DNA of 64,000 nt from Sphaerodactylus townsendi (taxonomy: Eukaryota): contig NC_059437.1 of NCBI RefSeq assembly GCF_021028975.2, positions 32,798,001 through 32,862,000 on the forward strand, in the 5' to 3' direction. The notes beneath the pieces are model-generated. The model did not search any database and was not told where the DNA came from. It was given only the letters and a program-made list of their open reading frames with translations. The position numbers and the translations under genes are program-made. Of this stretch, positions 36,927 to 50,258 are shown in pieces (position 1 is the first letter of the stretch; each line of letters starts with the position of its first letter).

Positions 36927-39599
36927 AAAGAGACTTTTAAACTGGGGAGATTAGGGATTGAGCCTGAAACTCTGTACATCCAAAGGAGGTGTTGTGCTGC
37001 TGAGCTACAGGACCTTCCACGCGCATGCATACAGCCATCTCAAATCAAATATCAAATTGACTTCTGAAAACTGACTTAGACAGTCCTTTATAATGTGCAA
37101 AAATGCTTCAGGCAGAACCCTAGAGGGAGCTTTTGCAGCAAGGTGGGGGAAAGTCAAATCCATTATTCCAGGAACCACAAGACAGGACAGTGACCAACTC
37201 CTTAATCAAGAAGCTTGGTAGAAATGCCTGGACTTACAAGAGACAGGGCTGGCCTGCTCCACAGGGCTCCAATGCGGCTTTTCAGCTACTGAAACAGACA
37301 GCACAGGAAAGCAAGGCACAAGGCAAACTGTGAAGAGGGGGCAAAGAGGAGCAGAAAGCGCCACATTGCTAAGTTTGGCAGACGCAAGGGAGAGGCCAGT
37401 AGGAATGGCAGGCCCTTCCCCACTTACTCTCAGCAAGAACTCCTGGTGCATATACAAGCCCACACAGTTATCATAACACTTTGTTAGTAGTTTCTCCTAT
37501 TGGTCAGGAAGGAGTTTCTGGGGAGATTTAAAACAAATACAGACTGGGTAAACCAACACTCAGGAAATGTTTTAAGGAGGTGGGGGGAGAAAAAGGGTGA
37601 AGTGCAGCACAAAGCCTCTTTCACGAGAACAGGAGAAGCAGCAGGCCTGAAATCAAGCTTGGGGCAAGCACAGCGGGTAAAGAAATCAAGCAAAATCAAA
37701 ATCTGCACTGCAGCTTCGAAGGCAAGGGATCAGGAGCCATCAATGACAGAGTCAAGGTGCCAGTGCAAGGGTATGGTATATGCCAGCAAGACTGCCTTAT
37801 CTGTGTTGCCACTGCCAAACAGGGGCCAGCAGAAACTCATCTGTGCCATTTGTAGGCAACTGTAATGTATTTCCACCCCTTTCTCCTCCTAAAACTAGCA
37901 AAATACTTCCCCAAGAACAGCTGATATTCATAAAGCCAGAGGGGAAAGAGAAGACCAGGAGAAATGGATAGCCATGATCCAGATCCACCCCAAGTAACAG
38001 TCTGGCAACTTTCATTCCTTCCTGCATAATCTTTTGTCTAGGGGGGGAAAAAACCACGTCGGGGCCCCAATGCCTTTTTGCTACTCAAAACTCAACAGGC
38101 GCTTTGTCCAACTTTGATTATTCGTCATTACACTCATTATTTGATGGACACAGGTGTGAAGCTACCTTTGACAGTTAAAAGGGTGATGGGGGTACATATC
38201 AGAGCTTCTTGCTCAGTCAAGGAATTCTTCAATACCACCAATCCAGCTGAGAAGTTTAATTAAATAATTTACATCCTGACTTATTTCTTTGGACTTGGGG
38301 CAACTAATCAACCATCCAAGCTGCAAAGACCCCCAAAGTCAATGCACATTTAAAAACAATGCACAGATTTTAAAGAACCACAAAGCTAAGCCAGCTGGAA
38401 TAATTCATCCTCGCACAAACACACTCTGCAATAGAACAATCTTGCATACTTTCCTGGATGTGGCCACCAAAGGCACACTCCAGTAGATCATTCTAGAGGG
38501 CTGGATCTGCAACTGAGAAAGGCCATGACCTAGCAGTTGCTGTACAGACAACCCTAAGTTGTATGCATGTTGCCTGCCCTCGGACACAGAATGCTGTACT
38601 ACTCACAGAAACTAACACACACTCCAGTGCCAATCAACCAGAGGCTGAGGCCATGATGGGTAGCAGGAGATTCACACAGGAAGGAAGTATTTTAAAGGGA
38701 CTGGCCCCTTGTTCAAACCCAACCATCCCATCAGCAACCCTCCATGGACCGCAATGCAAAACCAGCCGGCTCTTGACCTCCATACCCCTCTCCACATTCT
38801 TGCTGGCAGCTTTTACCTTCTGATCCCGCCTGAGCCGAGCCAGCCGTCTTCCCCAAGCCACAGATGGATTTGATTTTAATTGGCAAGTTGCATTAGGAGC
38901 ACAACCCTTTTTGGCAGTGCAGCAAGCCAAGCCCCAAAGGCCATCTCTAGCAGAGACTGGCACGGGAAAAGATACATTCACCACCCTGCGGAAAAATATA
39001 TGGTACCGGGGGGGGGGGGGGGGCTTGCGCTTATGAGGAAGTATGGCCTGCCAACCTCTAGGCAGAGCAACTGCTAAGTTGCATTCGCAGTCGAACCCGT
39101 TTTAATTAATGGAGGGCTGGGATTCAGGGACAGCACGTAAGTAGTTCTATCCAGGGCACCACAACACAAAGGCCTCAGGTCTGAAGATGCCAGCAACAAC
39201 CATGCTCTGCCACACAGTCACCACTATCAGAGCGGGAAAAGCCAAGCGACACGGTAGTTTCAGTCCATCGTTCAAAGACAAAGCACAAATGACTCCAGTC
39301 CTCAGAGGTGCTCAGGAGGCGTAGTCGCCCCGGCTGGATGGCTATTTCTACACCTGGGCAAGCAACAGTCGCCAAAACACGGGCTTACAGATGCCCCGGG
39401 GAAGCACTCTTGGCGTGAAGGCGATCCTCCTCCCCAGCAAGCCCTCTTCTCCCGGATCCCGCTAGTCTGCAACAGGGGTGCACCGTACAACCGCCCCAGG
39501 GTGTTTTGCAAAAATGAGGCAGTAAAGCAACCACTCTCCCCTCGCCAGGCCCAACTCAAACCAAAAACTTTCCCCGACACAACTAAACTCCGGAGAAAC

Positions 39600-40250
39600 A
39601 ACCAAATGGCGGCGGAGGGGGCGTAAGAGAGCGCGGGGGCGACGCTGGCAGCAGAGCCCTCACAGCCCCTGAGCCCGCCAGCAGGACCTCACGGGCCTCT
39701 CTCACCTTGGAGACGATGAGGGGCTCGCCATGCTCCAGCCCCCCGCGTAGAGTGAAGCCCCAGGGCGCGCCGCCGCCCAGCTGCACGTGCACGTACTGGA
39801 AGGAGACCAGCAGCCGGCTGGCCGTCGGGCTTTCCCGCCGCCGCGACTGCGCCTCCTCCCCCGTCGGGCGCGCCATGGCACCATCCCGCAGCCCCTCACA
39901 CACGGCGGGCCCGGCCAACCCGACGGCCGCTCGGCATCGACGGGACGGACGATGTCTGCGGGCTGGGGAGGCGGGCCGGAGGCGGCGGCGGTGGGTGGGA
40001 CAGGGCGAGACGGGCGGAGCTGCCGGCGCTCCGCGCTACCAGGCAGCGCTGGCCTTTACTTCCGAGCAAGCTCCCGTTGCACCCTCTCTGAGCCGTCCTT
40101 TCAAGTTCCCAAATGACGTCGTCCAGCTCTGGCGAAAGAAAGGATTTCTCTAACGCCACTTCTCCTTTGTGTGAGTAGTGTAAAAGCACGCGATCACGTT
40201 GGCAGTAATTTCGCCGCCGTGATTGAGGCACACGGGGTGCAAAAGCGAAT
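39600..40250 (-). promoter_or_regulatory. SHROOM4 CpG-island promoter / 5' region
   Basis: CpG-rich region spanning exon 1; GC boxes, ETS-like ACTTCCG (about 40038), CRE-like TGACGTC (about 40114). Confidence 0.75.
39706..39876 (-). CDS. SHROOM4: SHROOM4 coding exon 1 (PDZ start)
   Basis: gccATGG Kozak; [33 protein letters not shown]; |GTGAG donor; 171 nt, phase 0. Confidence 0.93.
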
Positions 40251-40257
40251 TGGTTTA

Positions 40258-40387
40258 GGTCCCTTCCGCACATGCAGAATAATGCACTTCCAATCCACTT
40301 TCACAACTGTTTGCAAGTGCATGTTGCTATTCCGCTCATCTGCAAAGTGCATTGAAAGTGCATTGTTCTGCATGTGTGGAAGGGGCC
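40258..40387. mobile_element. palindromic MITE, PIF/Harbinger-like, at the edge of the SHROOM4 promoter
   Basis: GGTCCCTTCCGCACATGCAG...CTGCATGTGTGGAAGGGGCC. Confidence 0.8.
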
Positions 40388-43204
40388 TTTGTGTGTAGGC
40401 CCCACGTCTAACGGGCCAGCAATTCTAATGGACTAGAATTGAAAAACCAGGGAGCTGCAGCCTGCAGGTACGAATGTGATCAACACTCTGAAGCAACCTG
40501 TGCCTTGGAGAAACTCACTGATGAGATGTGGTTTGCAATGAATTGACAGAGGGACCCCTAAATTCACTGATGAGATGTGGTTCATAAATGCGGAAGGGGG
40601 GGCTCAGGACCCCTGGCTCTTTTCAGGCTCAAGGCCGCTGCGAGGAAGTTAAGCAGGGCCCTGCATCTAGCACACAGGGCCCTGCTTCTCAGTCCCAGTG
40701 TGTGCACTTAACACGTTCCAAAAAGGTAACCTCACGAGTCCGTTGCCACCAGTAAAACAAGCTGTATTCTGACAGAAGCCTTCCTGAGTGACTTGTTTAC
40801 TTGGAAATGAGGCCCATTGTATTCCAGGAGATTTACTCCCTTGTGCGGGTGGGAGGATTGCAGCCGGATTTTTATTTCATTCATTTATTTTTGTTATTAC
40901 CTCACGCTTCCCAGGTCTAGGCAAAGCTTCGAAAACAGGTTCACCTACTGTTGAATCTTGTCTGGTAAGCCACTTCAGGTAAACCTGGACCCCTGGTAGT
41001 TGCTAGGTGTTCCGCAGCCAAGCTGTCTAACCAACCTAGCTGTGCGCCAACATAAAATAAATCCACTTGGGCTGGAAAAGTGGAAAACGTGCTATTGTGA
41101 CGTGGAAATGGGATGATAATTCTAGAATTTATTCAGGCAGTTACTAGCCAGAAAGGAAAGGTGGGTTTAAACTGGCGGACAAGGATAGGGGAGATCGGAG
41201 TTCAGATTCCCATTCAGCCAATAAGTTCCACAAGTGACCCTGGGCAACTAACGTACCTCAGGATTGTTGTCAGAATGAACCCCGGGGGCGGGGGGATAAT
41301 CACATACGCCACCCTTTCTGGGAGGAAAAGCAAGATGTAGACGTAATTAATGACGGCTAGGCAACACTTCCATTCATAGAGTTCTGAAAGCAATTTATAA
41401 ATCAGAAAACACACCCACCGTAAAATAGCCTAAGGGAAAATAATCAACATTTTAGGAGGTTAAAATCTGGCTTAGAGGCTCTTCAAGCATCTCCCTGGCC
41501 GCTAAGTCGGCTTAGATGCACAGAGTGTATTAGAACTATGAGGTAGAAAAGAAAGACGGCCAGGGGCCAGGCGTGGGGAGAGGGCTTGTGTGAGAAATGT
41601 TGCCTGGATGAGGCAGGGGTCAAATGTCCTGAGTGGCCTCCCTGTGAATCCCAAGCTGTGTTTGTTTAGGAGCTGTGAGGAAGAGAAGGGACCTTCTGCC
41701 CATCCATACAGCTCCTCCTCCCTGTGCATCTGAATCTGAACCTGTTTGCTCAGAATTAAGTTCCATGCAGCAGACTGAGAGGGGGCTTATCTACCACCTC
41801 CCCACCAACCCCAGACATGCTCACTCCTCCCTTGCGAGGACTCAGCACACATCCACAGCAGGTCAGGGGATGGGAGGCAGGATCAGCCATTCGGAGTGTG
41901 CCCACAGCATGGCTGCTGGAAACTTTCCAGATCCTCTTGTGCTTCATTCTAGCTCACCCAGCTCCTGCCTAGGCATGGCCTAGAATGACAAAATGGCCCT
42001 GGAGCAACCCAGGCTGAGTGGTCTCTGTAGCACTAAGCTTGGCTCTGTTCCTGGGCTGCCAGAAATTCTCTAGGAAGGTCGCTGCTTACTAGGAACTTTC
42101 CCTGTAAATTAAATGGCTAGCCTGCCCCTTCATCTGCCCCATTGAGTCTTTATGAAGTGGAAGAGCTCTAATGGGAAAATGAAGAGAGAGGGAACAATAT
42201 GAGTGGAATCCCAAAGAGGAATCTGGCAAAAAGAACAACCTTAGTATCTAGTTTTTAAACCTCTGGTGCTGTTTTTCAAGCATGCTGTGAATTGTGCAAG
42301 GGACTTGGTCTTCCGCAAGGAATCAAAAAGAGCAGTTTGGGGATATTGGGCCCAGTTATTGCAGTAAATGACTACATAGGGCTGCCCAACACAGCTGGGA
42401 TGAGAAACCCCACAGCTCTGCTTACACACTCAACCAGATTATGGTGAGGCGCTTCCAAACACACAGGCAGGCATTACTATAGTGCTGCCTAAAGTGCATG
42501 ATTGCTCTCTGAATTGCTCCCAATGGCTTCCCCCAACCCTCCCAGCACAAAGGCCAGACAATTATTAACACGACCCTGGGAAACAATAACCATCTTTTAT
42601 TACTCAGCTGGAAGGCCAGGATGGGGGGGGTGGGAGAGCGTCCCTTTTGGTCATGAGGTTTCGTTTCTGTCCTTGGTTGGCCTTTGCTAGAAGCTATTTG
42701 ACTTGGCTGTGAAGGCCAGAGAAGGGGGCTGGATTTGAATTAGAGACCAGCCCTGGAGCCCGATTTTAACACCAAAAGCTCACTCAGCACTTGGAAACAA
42801 AGCTTGCACTGCTGAGTCCTGCTTACAGTGACATTCAGGTTGAAATGTGGGGCCCAGCTAGGGCACGGTAGTGTTCGGAAAGACCCTGCTTTGCAGCAGG
42901 ATCCTTTGCATGTTAATCTCTGGTTACAAGCTCTGAGCCATTGCACTTTTCAATCAGAGGAAGACAAAGGCTGGACTTTATTTCAGGATGCAGCACCCCC
43001 TACTGGATGCAACTGCATGTGCGCACATAGCAATCACCACTACTATTCGTGCATCAAGTTGCCCTTGCCATGGAAAGCTCCATCTGCAATAAACAAGTTG
43101 TGGCAGGGATCCTTTGCTCAAATGCAACTCACAGCTGCACAAAGTGTTGCAGAGTATGGCACCTTTGCACGCTTACTTTGTTGAATGCTAGCAAAGCCCT
43201 CTGG

Positions 43205-43410
43205 GGGGCCAGTGATCAATGGTAAAGCATCTCCGTGGCATGCAGAAGGTCCTAAGTTCAATTCCCAGCATCTCCAGTTTAAAAAATCAGGTGATGGGTG
43301 ATGTGAAAAACCCTCCCCGAGGCCCTGGATCCACTACCAGCCTGACTAGACAGTCATGGACACTGATGGACCAATGCTGTGATTCGGTACAAGGAAGCTT
43401 CATGTATTCA
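43205..43410 (+). mobile_element. tRNA-derived SINE (second family)
   Basis: tRNA-like head ...GGTAAAGCATC...GCATGCAGAAGGTCCTAAGTTCAATTCCCAGCATCTCCA, then body. Related copy at 59593-59795. Confidence 0.65.
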
Positions 43411-45919
43411 CACGGACTAGAGCAACTGCAGAAAGATCGGCAAATGCAGAAGCCTGGCATTCCAGCAGTGTGTCGCTGAGCCATGACATCCTTCTAAATC
43501 CATTAACTCCCATGGGTGAAGTATGTAATTGGTATAACTGTACTATAGGTCACCTATGCATTGAAAAGTGATTCAGTGTGAACTACCATATTGCCAAGTG
43601 AGCAGCGTGTGGGCAAAAACTTCAAGGATTATACATCCATAAAAATGTACAAAGCATCATTTGTGAGTTTTCTGGGCTGTGCAGCTGTGGTCTGGTAGTT
43701 TTCACTCATAATGTTTCACCCACATCTATAAATGCCACAGAGAGAAACTGGGCAGTGGCTCGCCTGGAGGCAGGTGCCCATCTATGTTGCTCAGTTGTAC
43801 TTCTTTCTACTGACAGTGTCTTTCCTTCTGCCCTTTCATAGCTCCTGGCCCAAAGGCTGTCCAGGTTCAAAACAAAACCGAGGTCTAGTAACACCTTGAG
43901 GACTAACAACATAAGCTTCTGTGAGCCAGAGCTCACTCTGTCAGAGGCAATGTTCAATTGCTAGACTACAGCTGTCAATGACTTGGAGAAAAAGTGCCCT
44001 GCCCCTTTAACAGATGGTTAACAGGACTGCTATTTACCAGGTGATGTTACTTATCTCCATGCCATTAAAAGCTTTAACTGCCCATTCCCACGGATCGTGC
44101 TGCTGTTAAAGGGAGAATATTTCTTCTCCAGGTTCTTGGCAACTCTACTTGGAAGCCTGTACGGAAAGGGAGATGGGAAATATACTCTCTGCAGTTTTCC
44201 CCAGAGTTCGGCTTGTACGCAAATGCTTAAAGGGGGTGGTGGTGGTGGTCAGAGACTAACCATCTCCTGAAATGCTTTCTAAATTACCTGCCTTTGGCCA
44301 CCCAACCCTGCCCTGATTCCTGTCTTTTCCCCTCTGCCCTCAACCATTCTGCTGGGACTTGTCTCATTCAACAACTGTCTGCTCCTTGTCTCAAAGCTCA
44401 CCCACCTCATTACACAACAGCCCCTGTTCTTTTGCCAAAAGCTTTTCCCAGCGCCTGAAAAAGGGAGTGTCTCAGACTGACTCCCCCTTGGATCCCTATT
44501 TATAGCTGCCAAGTGCCTCCAGGTGGGAGATGCCTGCTTGGAAATTTTGAGACTGGTGCTGCAGTGAACACAGCTGCTGGCTGGGCAAACAGAGGGAAAG
44601 ACCCATTCCTGAGGCTTGATGGCAAGATCATGGGGCCGGCAAAGGAGATCTGGATTTATACCCAGGCTATGGAAGTTTTAGGGTCCTTCCCTGGCTGATG
44701 AGAGCACAGCCAAAGGAGGGGGAATTGCCACTTAGGACCCACATCAAGGAGATGTTTGTAGAGTAAGGCCAGGAACTGACAGGTAATATATTGTTCACTT
44801 CAACCTCCATCTTAATTCATAATGAAGTTGTCCATCATTCAGTGTCCAAAGCATTGACATCCTCCGTCTGAGTCAGTCATTAACATTTTCTTTTACAGTT
44901 GAGGGGCTGAGAGGAACACAGAATCACTTGGCGAGAGAGATGTAAACAAATGCCCGCTGCAGGCCGCAGCCAAACCTGTAGTCAGTGAATTTGTCTGACT
45001 TTCAAGCATATTGATCTGTTGAGGGAAATACTTGCAAAATCAATCATCCCTTGCTCGGGGGAAGCCAACAAGGAGGGGCAACACCTACATCTGCTCTCCC
45101 GCACTGCACAGGCCCTGCAGCCAGCCCCCACCCAACTGGCCAGTCCCAATTGATCCTCACTCTGGAGCCTGCAAGTCCACCCCACTCCAGCCAGAGGCAG
45201 CCCCCTTGGAGAGAGCCTCCTTTATGTTGCCCTGCTGGAGCCAACTTGACTCCCTTTTCCGTCCTCCAAAGCAGGGCAGCCTCAGCCCGCAGCCTTTAGG
45301 CACGATGAAGCAGCAGTTCTGTGCTTGTGCGCTCAGCCCCCCCCCCCCCCCCCGATCCCTGAGCCAAGGGTAGAAGCAGAGACGCACTCCTCCCCACCAG
45401 AGAATGCAGAGCGGGCGCCAACAAAAGAAGCAGGCTAGAGGTGGTTGTCATCTGCAGCAGAAAAGCCAAAGAGAAGGGTTCGAGACCTCCCTGCCGTCTG
45501 GCTCAGCCCAGCCTGCCCCTACTGGTGCAAGGAAAACAGATCAAAGGGAAACAGACCAGTCACCATGGAATAAGCCAGGCGATGTGCCTCAGTCACAGCC
45601 AGGCCTTCTCTGCAGCAGCACTGCAGGCTCAGGGCTAGATTACCACCTTGTATTGAAAATAGCACAGAGCAAGCCCAGCTAACAAGGGCTAGGCTAGAGT
45701 TGGGGCTCCTAACCCCAGGTGCCTCCCTCCCCCCAAAAGCAGAGCACAGGTGCCTGCTTACCTCAGCACACAAGAGAGACACCTAGGCATCAGCTAAAGA
45801 AGCAATTCCCCAATGTGGCACCCCTTAGTCTGTTTCTAGTGCCCACTTTTTCCTTCTAAGCAAAAAGCCAACCTAACAGCCTATCAGAGAAATTTTGTGA
45901 TGGTTCCTACTATGACTGC

Positions 45920-46120
45920 TAGTGTGGTACAATGGCTAAGAGTGCCGGACTAGTGTCTAGAAGACCCTGGTTTAAATCTCCACTCATGCCATGGAGGCTC
46001 ACTGTGTGACCATCTCTCACAACCTAGCCTACCTCACAGGGTTGTTGTGAGGGTAAAATGGAGGCGAGAAGAACGATGTAAGCCTCTTGGGATCCCCACT
46101 GGGAAGGCAGAGTATCCATG
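45920..46120 (+). mobile_element. older SINE (Squam3/MIR-like)
   Basis: GTGTGGTACAATGGCTAAGAGTG head; CCTACCTCACAGGGTTGTTGTGAG body. Confidence 0.6.
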
Positions 46121-47204
46121 AGTTAGATAATAAAGCAAATGCCTGTTCTCAGAATTCCAGAAGTGCTCAACAAGGTTGGGAGCTGAACTAGAAGGTTTGA
46201 AAGATGAGAAACTCAAAGACACAGGAAATCAGGGGGCTTTTGGCCTGTGCTAATGAAGGTTTCCAGCTCATGTCAGGATGGCCATGTCTGTGCCTGCTTC
46301 CCCCTCTCACCCCTATTTATTCTGCCATGCAGCCCCTTTCAAGCCTGCAGGCACAAATGAAAGTGTCAGGGGCCTGTGGCCAGGCAGCAGAAACAGCCCT
46401 GTCACCACGTGGCATGATGCAGTGGTTTCTTCTCGTTTCCCCCTGGGCCCTTTGCCGGCTTGGGGGAAACCATCACAAGACCTCACAGGTTTTTTGCCAG
46501 GCTAGGAATGGCGATGGTCAGAAGTGATTCATCTTTTCTAGCCTGTCTCTCCAACCCAAATGGCCTGGAGCCAGATGAACTGTCAAACACAGCTCAACCC
46601 TACTTAACTTCATGACTTCCAGCAAGACACCCCAACTCTCAATAAGCCTGCAACTAATTTGGCTCACCTGAGAAGGGCCCAGGTTAACAGTTTGCTCAGT
46701 CTGTCCCCTCGCTAGCTCAGAAACTCCAGTTGGGACTACTTGGGACTGATTGTAGCAATTTATGGCACGTTTAGAAAAATAATTGAATAAAGAGAAAATC
46801 ATTGGACGATGCACATAGTCTCCCCCGACTAAATTTAGCAACAGCTCCGGATTCACATGTCTAATGACGAAGCTGACATTTATGAGAGAGTTCCCCTTTT
46901 GCCACTTAGATCCACTCCAAATTGTGCAGAATCCTTTGCAGGGAAGGGAAAACAAAGCAAAACAGAAAGATATTGGAGGGTCACTTGAAAATCACCAGAT
47001 GCAAACAACTGGATCCAATATGTTACCTGGGGATAAGAAGAGTGGGACAGGCGGGGTTAGAGAGGCTGGGGCAGGAAAGGAAAGGAAAAGGTGAGCAGGA
47101 TTTGCATTAGAACTAGAACAAAAGGGACACCCGCTTTTTCCCCTGGAGAATTCAGAATCCACACGGCAGACTCTACCTTGAAGGATCGCAGAAGCACTTC
47201 ATGA

Positions 47205-47281
47205 TAATTGGCCATGCTGGTAGGGGCTGATGGAAATTGTAGTTCCTGAACATCTGGAGAGCCGCAGGTTCCCTACCCCTA
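47205..47281. mobile_element. half copy of the palindromic hAT MITE
   Basis: Right arm nearly identical to 55776-55850. Confidence 0.75.
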
Positions 47282-47306
47282 TACTAGCCACTCACCACCA
47301 CACTAT

Positions 47307-47320
47307 CCACTAGAGGGCAT
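47307..47320 (+). promoter_or_regulatory. candidate CTCF site upstream of BMP15
   Basis: CCACTAGAGGGCAT. Confidence 0.5.
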
Positions 47321-47814
47321 CACAAAGCTGTAAATAGTTCTGTGTGGCATTACACGCCACTATTTGTTCTCTGGCTAGTTAATTTAAACACACACACACC
47401 TATTTTCCCAATGCATTGGCTGGCATGAATTTCGAAGGAAGAAAGCTGCGCAGCGGTGTGGGTGGGGACTTTGGAATGACAGGGGGCCATATTCCGTGGG
47501 AGTACTTTCCTGTAGGAAAACGATGGGGAACGATTAAAGAGTCCCCCCCTTCTCCTGTGTCTTCCTCCTCCAGTAGCTGCATTTGGAAGACCGGGGGTGG
47601 GGGGTGGGGTGTTAGAATCTTCTGGCATGATCAGGGAACCAAATATAACCTGCAGTTTACCTTGTGGACTCCACAACAAATCCATTCACTTTCCTGATGC
47701 TGCAAGATTTCTGGTTGCTTTTGCTGCACGCCTACAGCAGACTGCTAAGGAGACCCCTCCAGAAACTATTTGGGTTTCCACAGGGTTGAGGCCAGCTCAG
47801 CAGATTAAGGAGGA

Positions 47815-47890
47815 GGCCTGTGGTAGATAGAATGGGGTTCCTGTGGTAGATAGAAAGGCCTGTGGTAGAGAAGGCCTGTGGTAGATAGAA
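47815..47890 (+). repeat. 4 x (GG)CCTGTGGTAGA(TA)GAA tandem array in the BMP15 upstream region
   Basis: Directly visible; each unit has TGTGGT and three have AGATAG. Confidence 0.85.
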
Positions 47891-48262
47891 AAGGGCCCTC
47901 CGGTCCCTTTAAATTCCATTTGAAGGTGTGCCTTTAAGATTGAGCAGGCAGCCCAATTCCTTTCCCACCCCTGCAGGCCTAGGGAAGCAAGGGCCTGTGG
48001 TTCAATTAGCTCGCAAGGGCTAAGGCCTGAATGTGAGTCTGTTTTGTTGGCAGTTTTGGAAGGGGTTGCTGCTTGATGTGCCTCTTGACAAGGTCATGGG
48101 GATGTAAATTGAGTTGGAGGCTCCCCCGTGTTACAGGAATCCCAGCATGGGGCCATAGTGGGAGGGTGGAAGCGGGACCCCGGCTTCCTTTAGGGAGGTG
48201 ACTTGCTGTGAGGCGCCATAGTTCCTGCCCTGTGAGCATCGGCCCCTAACCGGAGTGCTATC

Positions 48263-48629
48263 ATGGCCACCCTAGCTGCCTTATGTTCTTGTGGAACTTT
48301 ATTTCTCATGATGATGCTGTTTCCGCTAGAGCATGGCTTGGAGGGGGGCCAGGATGCTGCTGCTACTGCTACTGCTGCTGCTGCTGTGGGGGCTCTCTCT
48401 GGAGCCCCCTCTCTTCCACTCATTCAGGTGCTTCTGGGCCAGGCCCCACCCAAGACCAGCCCCAGGGGCCGAAACAAGCATCTAGCCAGAGGGCAGCCCC
48501 TGCGCTACATGCTGAACTTGTATCGGAGCGTTGCCGACAGGCATGGTCGCCCGCGTAGGAACCGGCAGCTGGCCACCAATACCATTCGCCTGGTCAGGCC
48601 TTTTGCCAAGACCCGCCGGCCTGGGGCAG
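48263..48629 (+). CDS. BMP15: BMP15 exon 1 (signal peptide, prodomain N-terminus)
   Basis: atcATGG; hydrophobic leader; PSLPLIQVLL, QPLRYMLNLYRSVADRHGRPRRNRQLATNTIRLVRP; G|GTGAGT; 367 nt, phase 1. Confidence 0.95.
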
Positions 48630-48651
48630 GTGAGTCGGGAGGGGCTGAAGT

Positions 48652-48860
48652 GAGGTTGCCAGCTCCAGGCTGAGAAAGACTTGGACATTTGGGGGGTGAA
48701 GTCTGAAGGGTTTGGGAAGGGGAGGAACTTCAGTGGGGTAAATTCCACAGAGTCCACCTTCCAAAATGCCATTTTCTCTAAGTGAAGTGATCTCTGTCAC
48801 TTGAAGATCAGTTGTAATAAGGGGAGATCTCAGGCCATCACCTGGAGGTTGGCAATCCTA
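48652..48860. mobile_element. MITE with AGG(G)TTGCCA terminal inverted repeats in the BMP15 intron
   Basis: AGGTTGCCAGCTCCAGG...CCTGGAGGTTGGCAATCCT. Related copies at 54296-54467 and 60894-61188. Confidence 0.7.
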
Positions 48861-50258
48861 GGCTAAGGGCTCTGTAGAGGAGAGAGCTGTGAGGGAGGGG
48901 GTTTGTTCTCTAGGTTGGTGGTTTCCCGTTCCATGGGCGATCTGCAAAATTTGATCTGTTGCATTGGAAGCTCAGAGGGTTGATGAAATCTTAAAATTCA
49001 ACCAGCATGGCTGCCAGCTTTGACGCAGGACAGACCTTTAAGAGCTGATAAGAAAGGGTCCCTTATTTGTTAATGTGGATAGTTGTGCCCTGCTTGTCTG
49101 TATAGTGGAGACTGAAAGTGGGCCACAGCGTTCTATTCTTCCTCCTCCCTCTCCACCTTTCCTCTCATGTAATTCGGTTTGGCCAGAGGGCCACTTGGCA
49201 CTGGGAAGGTGGGGGCTCTGTTTGAAGGTTGCTATCTTTGTCCTCTGTGGAAGGGTGTTGGGCAAGAGTTGTTAGTTTTGTTCACGTCTGTGAGCTGGCT
49301 TTCTTTCTGTGCCTGGAAACCCACAGGGTTCTTTCTCTATTGCCTCTGTCTACTGTTGTCTGAAGGTTCACAGGCCACAGCTATTCAGTGTTACTTCCAG
49401 AGAGCAGGTGGCAGCTGCTATCTCATGGTCTGCAGCTTTCTGTGATAACTCAGGACAAGGGGAGGAGAGCCAGGTACAGAATAAGACACCTACATGTTAC
49501 CTAGACTTTTGGGCTAGCCCTGGGCAGATCTAGATCAGAACCTCTCTTTCCATGAAACTCCTTGGCTAACCTTGGACAAGTTCTCTCCAGCCTAATCTAC
49601 CTCACAAGCTTGTTGTAAAGGTAAAGTGGAAGAGTGGATTGCGTATATTGCCTTGGAAGGCCATGATAAAAATGTAACTGAATATAAGGATGTACCTTCT
49701 GCTACAGTTCCAAAGCATGACTTTGAAGTGTAGCGTTTCTAGGAAGGAAGGTGATGGGAATGTAATGGTTAATGGAGTAAATGTCTGAGAACCTTTGCAC
49801 CATTAACCCCTCCCCTTAGAAGAAAAGTTTTGGGTTTTGGGTTGAACTTTGCAACTTTGCCATTTGGGTTGAACTTTGCAAGCTGAGTAACTGAATACCT
49901 TTAGGATGATGGCGTAATAACTTGGGTGGGGGGAGGTCCTTTCCCAAAAATCCCTGTGCCCAAGAGTTTGCCTTGGTCTGGCAAATGGGAAATGTCAGTT
50001 CACTGGTGGATTCCACACAGCTTAAATATAATGGCTTTAGGATGTCCTACAAAGATCCATTTTGGCATGTTGTGTTTCCACAGAACACAAGCATTGCCAG
50101 CCAAAATGGATCTTTTTTTCCCCTGCCTGCTGCATAGAGCTCTTGTCAGTTTCACAATGGCGCCCACCATTTTGTGTGCTGCAGCAGATGATGAATAGAG
50201 TTTGTCTTGCCCAGTGATCCTGTGCCCATGGCTTTGACCCACTCCTTTGATCCTGCAG

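Noticed and set aside
12891-39876. Assignment as SHROOM2 or SHROOM3
   Set aside because: PDZ and ASD2 sequences match recalled SHROOM4, no clear ASD1 domain was recognised, and the gene is adjacent to BMP15.
43205-43280. tRNA gene candidates (also about 3430, 7990, 54480, 59600)
   Set aside because: Degenerate tRNA-like heads continue into SINE bodies, with no intact cloverleaf.
47815-47890. CRISPR-like repeat array
   Set aside because: Eukaryotic DNA; the units are near-adjacent with no unique regular spacers and no cas genes.
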